64,000 bases of DNA from Lentisphaerae bacterium RIFOXYC12_FULL_60_16 (GCA_001803315.1 MHBQ01000059.1:17188-81187); one strand, 5' to 3'; positions 42,933 to 52,959 are shown, counted from the first letter of the stretch. Notes: generated from the letters alone by a model not told the origin. Made by a program: numbers and translations.

Positions 42933-43314
42933 ACGCGAATTAGTCCTGAAGGAAGAAGTGTTTGCCGTGGTGGGCGCGGCGATGGAAGTCCTTAATGTTC
43001 TCGGCCATGGGCTCATCGAGAAACCCTATGAAAATGCGCTGGTGGTCGAACTTGGATTGCGAAGCATCCCGGTCAAACAACAACCCCGCTATGCGGTGAA
43101 TTACAAAGGCACGGTGGTGGGAGAGTATGTTCCGGATTTGATAGTGTCTGAAAGCCTCGTGGTGGATACAAAGGTTATCGAACAGATTGGCAATCACGAG
43201 TTGGGGCAGATGATGAACTATCTGAAGATAACGGAGCTGAAAGTCGGGGTCATCCTGAACTTCAAGCGCGCCAAATTGGAATGGAAACGAGTTGTCCTGG
43301 AAAAAAACCTCTGA
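42919..43314 (+). CDS. GxxExxY protein (PD-(D/E)XK-like), low-GC insert
   Basis: The sequence matches the GxxExxY family (EKPYENALVVEL...DLIVSESLVVDTKV). It is ~50% GC against ~65% for its neighbours. Confidence 0.65.
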   Translation: MDTNERELVLKEEVFAVVGAAMEVLNVLGHGLIEKPYENALVVELGLRSIPVKQQPRYAVNYKGTVVGEYVPDLIVSESLVVDTKVIEQIGNHELGQMMNYLKITELKVGVILNFKRAKLEWKRVVLEKNL

Positions 43315-44447
43315 TGGCCGCCAATAACAACGAATGTTCTCCTTCTCATTCGCGTCCATTCGCGTCCATTCGCGGTTGGTCTTATCCCGTATTCGGCATA
43401 TGCGGCTTCAGCGGATCGGGCAAGACCACGCTGATCGAAGCGCTTGTCCGCATCCTGCATCGACGGGGGCTGATTGTCGGCGTCGTCAAACAGGATGCGC
43501 ACGGTCTCGATATCGACCGGGAAGGCAAGGACACCGACCGCATCTTTAAGGCCGGAGCCGATGTTTTCATTCGCGATGCCCGACAGGTCTTCACCCGGCT
43601 TCACCGGCCCCCGGACCTTGGTTTGCCCGACCTGATCGCGCGGATAGGATCCTATTATGACCTGATCCTGGTGGAAGGTCATAAGACCACCCCCCTGCCC
43701 TGCAAGATCTGGCTGTGCAAACCCGAGGAGAATACCTGTCCGCCGGAGGCGACGGGGATTCGGCGAATCCTGGGGTGGACCGAGGATCGTGAGCGCATCG
43801 CTTTGGAGATGCTCGACGCCTGGTTGCCGGAAACATGGCTGGCGACACCCGTTTATGCCGGCATCCTGATCGGCGGCGCCAGCACGCGGATGGGCCGGCC
43901 AAAACACCTGATAGCAACCGGCGGAGGGACCTGGCTCCACACGATCGTGGAGGCGGTGCGCGGTTGCGCGGAGAAGATCGTGATCCTGGGCGGCGGCGGC
44001 ATACCCGGCGATTTGCGCTCGCTGCCGGTTTTGCCGGACGCGGAAGACGCAAAGGGTCCCTTGCGCGGGATGCGCGCCGCGATGCGGTGGGCGCCAGGCG
44101 CGGGTTGGATGTTTGTCGCCTGCGACCAACCGCATGTTTCCAGGGCCGCCATTGACTGGCTGTTGACCCAGCGTCGACCCGGTGTACGCGCCGTCATGCC
44201 GGTTGTTTCCGGCATATCACACCCGGAACCACTGCTTGCCTATTACGACTTCCGCATGGCGCCGGTATTGGAACAGGTGCGCCGCCCATGCGATCTCGCT
44301 CTCGCGGTGGGCGTTGCCCACCCCCTGGTGCCGGCGGAGCTCGCTCAGGCGTGGCGCAACCTCAACTCCCCGGTCGACCTTGCCGGAAAGGCGACGCATC
44401 CCGGTGAATCCCCCGGACAACGGTTTGAAGATCCCTTGTTGGAATAG
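43314..44447 (+). CDS. mobA: MobB-MobA fusion (molybdopterin-guanine dinucleotide synthesis)
   Basis: The N-terminus has the MobB P-loop GFSGSGKTTL. The C-terminus is MobA (AGILIGGASTRMGRPK). The ATG overlaps the upstream stop. Confidence 0.8.
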   Translation: MAANNNECSPSHSRPFASIRGWSYPVFGICGFSGSGKTTLIEALVRILHRRGLIVGVVKQDAHGLDIDREGKDTDRIFKAGADVFIRDARQVFTRLHRPPDLGLPDLIARIGSYYDLILVEGHKTTPLPCKIWLCKPEENTCPPEATGIRRILGWTEDRERIALEMLDAWLPETWLATPVYAGILIGGASTRMGRPKHLIATGGGTWLHTIVEAVRGCAEKIVILGGGGIPGDLRSLPVLPDAEDAKGPLRGMRAAMRWAPGAGWMFVACDQPHVSRAAIDWLLTQRRPGVRAVMPVVSGISHPEPLLAYYDFRMAPVLEQVRRPCDLALAVGVAHPLVPAELAQAWRNLNSPVDLAGKATHPGESPGQRFEDPLLE

Positions 44448-44506
44448 TGAAAAATATGGTAGGTTTCAAAAACCAAAGGTTCCGTAAGTGGGAGCAGGAA
44501 TATCAC

Positions 44507-45307
44507 GTGAAACTGACAATGGCATTTTCTCCGTGTCCCAATGACACCTTCATGTTCCATGGCCTGGTGCTTGGGCGCCTCGGACAGGGCCGGCAATTCC
44601 AGTTCCACCTGCACGATGTGGAAACCCTGAACCGCCACGCTTTGGCCGGCGTCTATGACGTCAGCAAAATCTCGTTTCATGCCTACCTGTTGGTTCGTCG
44701 GCACTATGAGCTGCTGAACGTAGGGGCGGCCATGGGTTTCGGCTGCGGGCCGGTGGTCGTCACCCGCGGTGGTCTGTCCGCCGCGAACCTGACCGATTGT
44801 ACCACGGCGGTGCCGGGCGAATTTACCACCGCGCATCTATTGTTCCGCCTCTGGGCGCCTCATGCGATGAAGCGGGTCTTCGTTCCCTACGATCAGGTGC
44901 TCCAGCAGGTGGCGACCGGCAAGGTCGACTGCGGAATTGTCATTCACGAAGGGCGGTTTACCTACCAACAGGCCGGACTCCAATGCCTGTGCGACCTGGG
45001 CCAGTGGTGGCACGATCACACCCAATTACCCGTCCCACTGGGAGGCATCATCGCCCGGCGCAGCCTGGGGCGGGAGGTTATCGACGAATTCAGCGCCCTG
45101 CTGCGCCAGTCCATTGCCGATGCGCAGGCCAGGCCGGAGGATACGTTGGACTACGTCCGCCGGCATGCGCAGGAGATGGACGACCAGGTGCTGGCCAGGC
45201 ACATCCGGACATTCGTCAATGACTACAGCCTGGACATGGGTCAGGCCGGGCGCGACGCGGTGGCGACGATGGAACGTCTCGCGCGGCAGGGGGGGCTGAT
45301 CGCATGA
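44507..45307 (+). CDS. mqnD: 1,4-dihydroxy-6-naphthoate synthase (futalosine pathway)
   Basis: The N-terminus is MqnD-like (LTMAFSPCPNDTFMFHGL). The GTG start is uncertain (44447/44507/44519). Confidence 0.75.
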   Translation: MKLTMAFSPCPNDTFMFHGLVLGRLGQGRQFQFHLHDVETLNRHALAGVYDVSKISFHAYLLVRRHYELLNVGAAMGFGCGPVVVTRGGLSAANLTDCTTAVPGEFTTAHLLFRLWAPHAMKRVFVPYDQVLQQVATGKVDCGIVIHEGRFTYQQAGLQCLCDLGQWWHDHTQLPVPLGGIIARRSLGREVIDEFSALLRQSIADAQARPEDTLDYVRRHAQEMDDQVLARHIRTFVNDYSLDMGQAGRDAVATMERLARQGGLIA

Positions 45308-46776
45308 TTGCCGTGATTCTGGCGACTCGCATGGAGGCCGATCCGCTGCTAAAGCGGCTGGCGGCCGAACCTGTACCCGCCCGGCCCTTCAACACATGGC
45401 GCTTCGCGTCCGCTGGCGGCGGACTGATTGTCGTCAGCGGCATGGGCCAAGCCGCAGCCCGGTTGGCGGCGGCATACGCGCTCGATCAGCCGGGTGTCGG
45501 CAGGATCGTCAATGCGGGCATCTGCGGTTCTTTACGCGGCGACGCGCCAGGCAACCTGTTCTGCGTCGGCGAGGCCATGGACGGCGATGCGATACTGTCG
45601 GGTGGTCCGACCATGGGGCACAACGTTCCCCCAGGCCCTTGGTTCGGCTTGACGCGGGCGCGACTCACGACGGTTCTTGAACCGGTCTTCGATGCTAAGA
45701 AGCGACAGGCGCTGGCCAAGGCAGCGGAACTTGTGGACATGGAGGGGTTCGCCATCACCAGCGTCTGCCGGGAACGCGGCGTGGCCTGCCACCTGGTAAA
45801 GGGCGTAAGTGACCGGGCCGATGAAGACGGCAAGGATGCGATCGCCCGAAACCTGCCGACGGTCTGTGAAGCCCTCGCCGAAACCGTAGCGACGGGCCTG
45901 CACAACGGTGCGCTTGGCCAAACGGGGTCATCTTCCGGCCTGACGGGCAAGGTGGTGCGCCTGATCCGCGTCGAGCACACGATATTCAGCATCCCGCTGC
46001 TGGTGGCTGGGGCACTGCTTGGCACCGGTGGACAAATGCCCGCGGGATCGGTACTGGGGCTGATCATCCTGGCCGGTGTTGGAGCCAGAACGCTGGGCAT
46101 GGCGATGAACCGAATACTCGACCGCGACATCGACGCCCTAAATCCGCGTACCGCTGCGCGGGAGATACCCAGCGGGCAACTCTCCCTGCGGGCGGCCTAT
46201 GCGGTGGCCGCCGCCGGGCTGGGGCTGTATCTGCTAGCCTGTGCCGGGTTGGGGCCGCTGGTGCTGTTGCTGTCACCGCTACCGGCCGTGCTGTTGATCG
46301 GCTATTCGCTGCTCAAACGCTTTACCTGCCTGTGCCATTTCGGCATCGGACTGTGCCTGGCCGCATCGGTGCCGGCGGCGTTCGTGGCCGTGAGCGGGCG
46401 GCTTGCGCTTACCGCCGAGGTAATGCTGCTGGCGGCATTCGCTTTCTTCTGGATGAGCGGATTCGACATCATCTACGCGATGCAGGATGCATCCAGCGAT
46501 CGCCAAACCGGGGTAAAAAGCATTCCGGCAGCCATCGGCGTCACCGGTGCGGACCGCGTCTCGGCCATGATCCACCTGGCGGCGGTCACGGCGTTGGTTG
46601 CACTCTGGTGGCGGATGGGCGCGGGACTGACCGCCGCGGCCGCCGGGATCGTTGCCTTGGCGGCATTCATCGTGGCGCACCTGCCCGGCGTGCCGCTCGT
46701 TAAACGGTTCTTTCCCATTTCGGCCGTGGCGGGGGTGGCCGGCGCTCTCGTCCCCATGTTGGGAGGACTGCCATGA
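45304..46776 (+). CDS. mqnB: Fusion of futalosine/aminodeoxyfutalosine nucleosidase (MqnB, PNP/MTAN fold) with a UbiA-family polyprenyltransferase (MqnP/MenA-like)
   Basis: The N-terminal ~210 aa have a nucleosidase fold. The C-terminal ~280 aa have 8-9 TM helices and the UbiA motif NRILDRDIDALNPRTAAREIPSG plus a second D-rich motif. There is no stop codon between the two parts. Confidence 0.7.
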   Translation: MIAVILATRMEADPLLKRLAAEPVPARPFNTWRFASAGGGLIVVSGMGQAAARLAAAYALDQPGVGRIVNAGICGSLRGDAPGNLFCVGEAMDGDAILSGGPTMGHNVPPGPWFGLTRARLTTVLEPVFDAKKRQALAKAAELVDMEGFAITSVCRERGVACHLVKGVSDRADEDGKDAIARNLPTVCEALAETVATGLHNGALGQTGSSSGLTGKVVRLIRVEHTIFSIPLLVAGALLGTGGQMPAGSVLGLIILAGVGARTLGMAMNRILDRDIDALNPRTAAREIPSGQLSLRAAYAVAAAGLGLYLLACAGLGPLVLLLSPLPAVLLIGYSLLKRFTCLCHFGIGLCLAASVPAAFVAVSGRLALTAEVMLLAAFAFFWMSGFDIIYAMQDASSDRQTGVKSIPAAIGVTGADRVSAMIHLAAVTALVALWWRMGAGLTAAAAGIVALAAFIVAHLPGVPLVKRFFPISAVAGVAGALVPMLGGLP

Positions 46777-47333
46777 ATCTCGTGCTTGCCGTCACCGGAG
46801 CCAGCGGCGCCTATGCGGCCGATGCGCTCTTGAAACAATCGCCATGGCCGGTTTCTCTGATTGTCAGCGACTGGGGCCGCGACGTCTACCGGCGCGAATG
46901 CGGGCCGATCGAGATCCTGGAGAAACGCGCAGCCAAGGTCTACGACAACCGCGACCTGGCGGCCGCCATTTCATCAGGTTCGGTTCCCACGATCGGAATG
47001 GTTGTTCTGCCTTGTTCCGCCAATACGCTGGCCAAAATAGCCGGTGGAATCGGCGACTCGCTGATTACCCGCGCGGCCCACTGCCACCTCAAGGAACGCC
47101 GGCCGCTGATCCTGTGCATCCGGGAGAGCCCCTGGGGGTTGATCGACCTGGACAATGCCCGCCGGATATCCGCGGCGGGAGGGATCATCATGCCGTTATG
47201 TCCCCCCTTTTACATGGCGGCGGGGCGCCAGGCGCAGGAGATTACCCTTGCGGAACTTGCCGAGGCCTATGTCGAGCGGGTGCTGGCGCTTCTGGGCAAG
47301 CCTCCCCAGCGGATGTGGGAGGAAATGCCATGA
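46773..47333 (+). CDS. ubiX: Flavin prenyltransferase UbiX family (MqnM-like)
   Basis: The family is conserved throughout (…SGASGA…). 186 aa. Confidence 0.9.
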   Translation: MNLVLAVTGASGAYAADALLKQSPWPVSLIVSDWGRDVYRRECGPIEILEKRAAKVYDNRDLAAAISSGSVPTIGMVVLPCSANTLAKIAGGIGDSLITRAAHCHLKERRPLILCIRESPWGLIDLDNARRISAAGGIIMPLCPPFYMAAGRQAQEITLAELAEAYVERVLALLGKPPQRMWEEMP

Positions 47334-49102
47334 ACTACACCGACCTGCGATCCTTCCTGTTGGCATTGGAACGCACGGGGCAGCTTGTGCGCGTCAACGT
47401 GGAGGTGGATCCCGATCAGGAGATCACGCTCATTCAGCACCGTGTGCTGGCTGCCGGCGGCCCGGCCTTGCTGTTCGAGCGTGTCAAAGACTCGCCCTAC
47501 CGTCTGGTAAGCAACCTCTTCGGCACACCACGCCGGGTGGAGATGGCCTTCGGCATGCCACCCGCTCAAATCGGCCAAATGATAGCCGGCTTGGCCCACC
47601 GCCTCATGCCGCCCACGCCGCGGCGGCTGTGGGCGTGTCGCAAGGACCTGCGCCGCGTGTTTCGCGCCCGGATGCGGACGGTCCGTGGGGGACCGGTGAT
47701 GGAGGAGGATCATTGCCCGCCACAACTCCAGCGCCTGCCGGTGCTGAAATGCTGGCCACTGGACGGCGGACATTTCTTCACCTTGCCGCTGGTACACACG
47801 ATCGATCCCGCCACCGGAAAGGGCAACATGGGCATCTACCGTCTTCAACGGTACGACGATGACACCACCGGCATGCACTGGCAGATCGAAAAGGGCGGCG
47901 GTTTTCATTTTGACCGGGCTTGTCGACTCGGCCAGGCGCTGCCCGTGAGCGTTTTCCTGGGCGGCCCGCCGGCGCTGACGTTGGCGGCGATCGCGCCGCT
48001 TCCGGAGGGAATCGACGAACGCCTGCTGGCAGCACTGATGATGGGACGGCCACTGGACATGATCACACGCCCTAGCGGCCATCGCGTTCCGGCCCAGGCA
48101 GAGTTCGTGCTGGAAGGCACGGTCAGCCCCGGCGACGTACGACGGGAAGGGCCCTTTGGCGACCATTTGGGACATTACTCGCACAGCGGCGAATTCCCCG
48201 TCTTTCGCGTCAAGCGGTTGCTGGCGCGGCACGACGCAATCTATCCCGCCACCGTCGTGGGGAAACCGCCGCAGGAGGACTATTACATTGGCGAGGCCCT
48301 TCAGGAGATGACCATGCCCCTGCTGAAGATGATTCGCCCCGGCGTGTCGGACCTGTGGGCCTATCCCGAGACCGGATTCCACCCTCTCGCCGTGTTGTCC
48401 GTGAGACAACGCTACCCGCGCGAGGCGCTGAAGCATGCCTTGGGACTGCTGGGAGAGGGCCAGCTTTCGCTGACCAAGGTCCTCGTGGTGGTCAATGAGG
48501 GCGTCAATGTGCGTGATTTCGCCGAGGTTAGCCGCCAGATGTGGCAGCGGCTGAATTTCGAGGATGGCATGCACCTGCTGGCGCCCACCGCGCAGGACAC
48601 ACTGGATTTCACCGGCCCGTCCATGAACACGGGCAGCCGGCTCATCCTCCTGGCCGTGGGATCGGAGATTACCCCGCCAAGGAAAGAGCATCCACCCGCG
48701 CCCCCCCAGGCCGCACAGGTCCATCCGCATCTGCTGGCGCTATCGGCCATCGGCCCGGCGGTGCTGGTCGCACAGGTACGGGAGGGCTTCGATCGCGATG
48801 CCGTGCAACAGGCCCTGGCCCATCACCCCGTGACGGGGCGCTATCTTTTCCACGTGCTGGTATGGGCCGACGTACCGATGGGTGACGTCCGGATGATGCT
48901 CTGGGGCTGGTTCACACGGTTCGACCCGCTGGCGGACCTTCATCCAGCCGGCCGGGAGGTGGCGGGCAACCGCTTGCTGCTTCGACCGCCGATCCTGATC
49001 GATGCATCGTGGAAACCTTCCTACCGGCGCCCGGTCGTCTTCGACCCGCGGCGGGAGGAACAGGTGCAGGCCCGTTGGAATCAATACGGAATCCCGCTAT
49101 GA
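47330..49102 (+). CDS. ubiD: UbiD-family prFMN-dependent decarboxylase (MqnL-like)
   Basis: UbiD family, 590 aa. The ATG overlaps the ubiX stop (ATGA). Confidence 0.9.
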   Translation: MNYTDLRSFLLALERTGQLVRVNVEVDPDQEITLIQHRVLAAGGPALLFERVKDSPYRLVSNLFGTPRRVEMAFGMPPAQIGQMIAGLAHRLMPPTPRRLWACRKDLRRVFRARMRTVRGGPVMEEDHCPPQLQRLPVLKCWPLDGGHFFTLPLVHTIDPATGKGNMGIYRLQRYDDDTTGMHWQIEKGGGFHFDRACRLGQALPVSVFLGGPPALTLAAIAPLPEGIDERLLAALMMGRPLDMITRPSGHRVPAQAEFVLEGTVSPGDVRREGPFGDHLGHYSHSGEFPVFRVKRLLARHDAIYPATVVGKPPQEDYYIGEALQEMTMPLLKMIRPGVSDLWAYPETGFHPLAVLSVRQRYPREALKHALGLLGEGQLSLTKVLVVVNEGVNVRDFAEVSRQMWQRLNFEDGMHLLAPTAQDTLDFTGPSMNTGSRLILLAVGSEITPPRKEHPPAPPQAAQVHPHLLALSAIGPAVLVAQVREGFDRDAVQQALAHHPVTGRYLFHVLVWADVPMGDVRMMLWGWFTRFDPLADLHPAGREVAGNRLLLRPPILIDASWKPSYRRPVVFDPRREEQVQARWNQYGIPL

Positions 49103-49815
49103 CACAGGCATGCGCCCATTCCGGGCCGGATGAGAACCGACGAATGTTCGACCGTATCGCAAGACGTTACGACCTGCTCAACGCCGTACTTTCGCTTGGC
49201 ATGGACCGCCGCTGGCGGCGCCGGGCCGTGCAGGAACTGGCCCCGCATCCTGGCTGTACCGTCCTGGACGTCGGATGCGGTACGGCGGATATGATGATCG
49301 AGATCCTTCGCCAGTGCCCACAGGCGCGGGTGACGGGCATCGACGTGGCGCAGGCGATGCTTGCCCTGGCCGCCCGGAAACTTGCGCGGGCGGGCCTGGA
49401 GAAACACACCGACCTTCTCCGGGCCGACGCGACGGCTACCGGACTGCCGACCGGCGCCTTCGACGGACTGGTCACGGCGTTCTGTCTGCGGAACATTGCC
49501 GACCGTCCCATGGCGCTCGGGGAATTCCACCGCCTGCTGGCCGACGGAGGGAAACTGGTTATCCTGGATCTCACGCGGCCAAAGAACCCCTTGCTGCGGT
49601 TTGGCCATCGCCTGTATAATCATGGCTTTGTACCGTTGGTCGGGCGCGCGCTGGGGCACCATGGAGCCTATCGGTACCTGGTGGACTCCATCGACCGGTT
49701 CATCGCCCCGGAGACCGTGCTGGCGATGCTCGCACAAGCCGGATTTGCCGACGCTCGCAGCCGTCCGCTCAGCGGTGGCATTGTGACCCTGTTTTGCGCA
49801 CACAAGGAAACCTAG
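49099..49815 (+). CDS. menG: Demethylmenaquinone methyltransferase (UbiE/MenG family)
   Basis: SAM-binding motif LDVGCGTAD. The ATG overlaps the ubiD stop. Confidence 0.85.
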   Translation: MTQACAHSGPDENRRMFDRIARRYDLLNAVLSLGMDRRWRRRAVQELAPHPGCTVLDVGCGTADMMIEILRQCPQARVTGIDVAQAMLALAARKLARAGLEKHTDLLRADATATGLPTGAFDGLVTAFCLRNIADRPMALGEFHRLLADGGKLVILDLTRPKNPLLRFGHRLYNHGFVPLVGRALGHHGAYRYLVDSIDRFIAPETVLAMLAQAGFADARSRPLSGGIVTLFCAHKET

Positions 49816-49817
49816 CC

Positions 49818-50606
49818 ATGGACTCGACCCATTATGATATTGCCGCCACACCCTATGCCAATTCAATGCCCTTGGCACAGTTCATTCCCCAGGCCTGTCC
49901 GCAGGCTACGGTGCTATGGGGAACGGCGCCCGCTCAACTGGCGGAACGGGTGCTTCAGGGCACGGCCGATGCGGGGCTTGTTCCCGTGATTGAGTTGCTG
50001 ACCCGGCCTGAGCTGACCATGGTTGAGGGTGTGGGTATCTGCGCCCGCCGGCAGGTTCTCAGCGTGCTGCTTAAGTGCCGGGTTCCGCTGGCGCAGGTAC
50101 GCTGTGTCGCCGCCGACCCGGCCTCACGGACCTCCAATGCACTGGCCCGCCTATTGCTGCGGCGTCACCTGAAGCGCGACGTACCCGTCGTCCCGGCCGG
50201 TAACGGAAAACCCGATGCGGCAGTGGTCATCGGCGACCGGGCATTAACCGCCCCGCCGGCGCCCGCCGGCGACTACGATCTGGCGGAGTTATGGTGGCGG
50301 ATGACCGGCCTGCCGTTCGTTTTCGCCGTCTGGGCCATCCGCCGCGATCATCCCTTCCGGTCCGAACTGACCACAATCCTCCTGGCCGCCCGGCGACTCG
50401 GCATGGATGCCGTCGAACAGATCGCCGGCGAACAGGCCCGCAAACTGGGTCTGGATGCCGCCTTCTGCAGGCACTACCTCACCAAGGCGATTCACTATGA
50501 AATCGGCGACGAGGAACAGCGTGCAATCACGTTGTTCTCCCGGCTGCTGGTAGAGGATGGTCTGATAGCGCTGCCCGCGGCCATGGGCACGGAGGTTCAG
50601 CAATGA
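49818..50606 (+). CDS. mqnA: Chorismate dehydratase (futalosine pathway)
   Basis: MqnA periplasmic-binding-protein-like fold, 262 aa. Confidence 0.8.
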   Translation: MDSTHYDIAATPYANSMPLAQFIPQACPQATVLWGTAPAQLAERVLQGTADAGLVPVIELLTRPELTMVEGVGICARRQVLSVLLKCRVPLAQVRCVAADPASRTSNALARLLLRRHLKRDVPVVPAGNGKPDAAVVIGDRALTAPPAPAGDYDLAELWWRMTGLPFVFAVWAIRRDHPFRSELTTILLAARRLGMDAVEQIAGEQARKLGLDAAFCRHYLTKAIHYEIGDEEQRAITLFSRLLVEDGLIALPAAMGTEVQQ

Positions 50607-52801
50607 CGACTGGACTGGTCTCATTCTCCACGCAACGATTCACCCGTGATGCAGCGTTGGAAATGTTGCTGCACGCGCCCTGCGCCGAGTTGATCAGCCT
50701 CGCCGATGCGCTTCGCCGCGCACGTCACGGGCGGCGGACATACTTCACGCACAGCCTGAACCTCAACCCCACCAACATCTGCGAGAACCGATGCGAGTTG
50801 TGCGCGTTCTGGCGCGAGCCGCACGACGCCGACGCTTACCTGCTGGAGCTTGACGATGTGCGCCGCCGCCTCGAACCGGCCAGGGAATGGGGGCTGACCG
50901 ATCTGCATGTGGTCGGCGGCGTCACGGACAGGCTGAATCTGGCCTACTATGAGGCGCTGTTCCGTTTGGCACGGGAGAAACTCCCGGGTGTCCTCATACA
51001 GGGCCTGACGGCCGTGGAAATACACTCCCTTGCCCGACGGGAACGCCTGACGATCCGTGACGTGCTGGAGCGGCTCAAGACGGCCGGACTTGGGGCGGTA
51101 CCCGGCGGCGGGGCGGAAATCTTCAGCGAAACGGTCCGCAAAAAGATATGTTCCGCAAAAATCACCGGGCAACAGTGGATGGAAGTGCACGAACAGGCGC
51201 ACGCGCTGGGACTGCCCACCAACGCCACCATGCTCTTCGGACATGTCGAGGAGCCCCAGGATATCATCGACCATCTGGCCCGGCTGCGCGACCTTCAGGA
51301 CCGCACGGGCGGATTCCAGGCGTTCATCGCCCTGCCGTTCCACCCCCGCGGCGCACGCCTGGCGGTGTTCAACGGCCCCTGCGGCGACCAGATTGTCCGC
51401 GTGGTCGCGCTGGCAAGAATTTTTCTAGACAACTTCCCACACGTCCGCGTGCTGGCCAATTACACCGACACCAAGCTGCTGCACGTGTTGACCCATGCAG
51501 GGGCCGACGATGTTGGCCCTACCAGTCTCGACGAGCGGATCGCCAAGGCTGCCGGGGCTCCGCCGGATCACAACATTGCAACGCGGCGGCAGATGGAAGC
51601 CATGCTGGTGGACTTGGGCCTTGAACCGGTGTTGATCAACAGCGCGTATCAAGCAGCAGCCGGCACCCCGCAGCATGGAACGACTGATTGGCGGGCGCCA
51701 CACGCAACCCCCGCATCGCTGGCCTCGCTCCTGGATGGGGCGGCGGCCGGCAAGCGGCTATCGGCAGAAGAAGCTGTCATGTTGCACGATGAAGCGCCGT
51801 TGGGAGCGTTGGGCCTGGCCGCCCACAGGCGGCGGTTGCAGCTTTGCGATCCGCGAACGGCCACGTATGTCATCGACCGTAACATATCCCTGACCAACGT
51901 CTGCGAGGCCCAATGCCGGTTCTGCGCTTTTCATGTCCAACCCGGATCACCGGATGCCTTCGTCCTGACAGTCGAGGAGGTGATCCAAAAGGTGGAAGAC
52001 GCCGGGAAGCGCGGCGCCACGCAGGTGATGATCCAGGGCGGTCTGAACCCGCAATTGAATCTGGCGTTTTATGAGCAGATTCTCCGCGCAATCAAACGGC
52101 AATGCAACCTGTGGGTGCACTCGTTGTCCCCGGCGGAGGTGGCATACCTCGCCGACGGGGCTGGGCTGTCGCTCCCGCAATGCCTTTCCCGCCTGCGCGA
52201 GGCGGGTCTTGACTCATTACCCGGCGGCGGGGCGGAGATACTGGTTGACGCGGTCCGTCAGCGGGTAAGCCCGTACAAGATCTCGGCCGGCCGCTGGCTG
52301 GCCGTCATGGAAGCGGCCCATGGCCTGGGCATGAGCACCACCGCCACCATGGTCTACGGCTTGGGCGAGACACCCGCCCAGCGGATCCAGCACATGCTGG
52401 CCATCCGCGAACTGCAGGACCGAACCAGCGGTTTCACGGCATTCATCCCCTGGTCGTGCCAGACCAACCGCACAGGAATCGACCAGCGGCCCAGTACAGG
52501 CGTGGATTATCTGCGGATGGTTGCCTTGAGCCGGCTGGTGTTGGACAACATGCCTCACCTTCAGGCCGGATGGGTGACCGAGGGGCCTGACGTAGCCCAG
52601 CTTGCCTTGTCGTTCGGCGCCGACGATTTCGGCGGCGTGCTGATGGAAGAGAAGGTCGTTCGCGCCACCGGCGTGCAGTACGCCATCACCGCCGGGCAGG
52701 TGATCGAACTGATCCGTAAAGCCGGCTATACACCCGCCCAACGGACCACGCGCTACGAGATTATCGCTACCGTATCGGAAACATCCGGCGGGACGAAATA
52801 A
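50603..52801 (+). CDS. mqnE: Tandem fusion of two MqnE/MqnC-family radical SAM enzymes (aminofutalosine synthase plus cyclic dehypoxanthine futalosine synthase) in one 732-aa polypeptide
   Basis: Two complete ~360-aa repeats are present. Each has its own radical SAM motif (CENRCELCAF and CEAQCRFCAF). Each also has a matching C-terminal motif (…LDNFPHVRV…GADDVG… and …LDNMPHLQAGW…GADDFGG…). Confidence 0.85.
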   Translation: MTTGLVSFSTQRFTRDAALEMLLHAPCAELISLADALRRARHGRRTYFTHSLNLNPTNICENRCELCAFWREPHDADAYLLELDDVRRRLEPAREWGLTDLHVVGGVTDRLNLAYYEALFRLAREKLPGVLIQGLTAVEIHSLARRERLTIRDVLERLKTAGLGAVPGGGAEIFSETVRKKICSAKITGQQWMEVHEQAHALGLPTNATMLFGHVEEPQDIIDHLARLRDLQDRTGGFQAFIALPFHPRGARLAVFNGPCGDQIVRVVALARIFLDNFPHVRVLANYTDTKLLHVLTHAGADDVGPTSLDERIAKAAGAPPDHNIATRRQMEAMLVDLGLEPVLINSAYQAAAGTPQHGTTDWRAPHATPASLASLLDGAAAGKRLSAEEAVMLHDEAPLGALGLAAHRRRLQLCDPRTATYVIDRNISLTNVCEAQCRFCAFHVQPGSPDAFVLTVEEVIQKVEDAGKRGATQVMIQGGLNPQLNLAFYEQILRAIKRQCNLWVHSLSPAEVAYLADGAGLSLPQCLSRLREAGLDSLPGGGAEILVDAVRQRVSPYKISAGRWLAVMEAAHGLGMSTTATMVYGLGETPAQRIQHMLAIRELQDRTSGFTAFIPWSCQTNRTGIDQRPSTGVDYLRMVALSRLVLDNMPHLQAGWVTEGPDVAQLALSFGADDFGGVLMEEKVVRATGVQYAITAGQVIELIRKAGYTPAQRTTRYEIIATVSETSGGTK

Positions 52802-52959
52802 ACCGCCATCCCGGCCATGGTGCATCCGGCTGACCAAGACGCCCCAGCGATACGATGGTCCATTCATACGCTGGTTATCCCACCGCAACACACCGGTCTG
52901 GAATTGTTCCAATTATCCGTAGATCCGTCCTGTATCGCCCTCCCGCAACCCGGCGTAGC

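Noticed and set aside
43346-43375. Short tandem repeat cattcgcgtc x3 near the mobB start
   Set aside because: Only 2.9 copies of a 10-mer inside a coding region. No spacer/repeat architecture, so not CRISPR.
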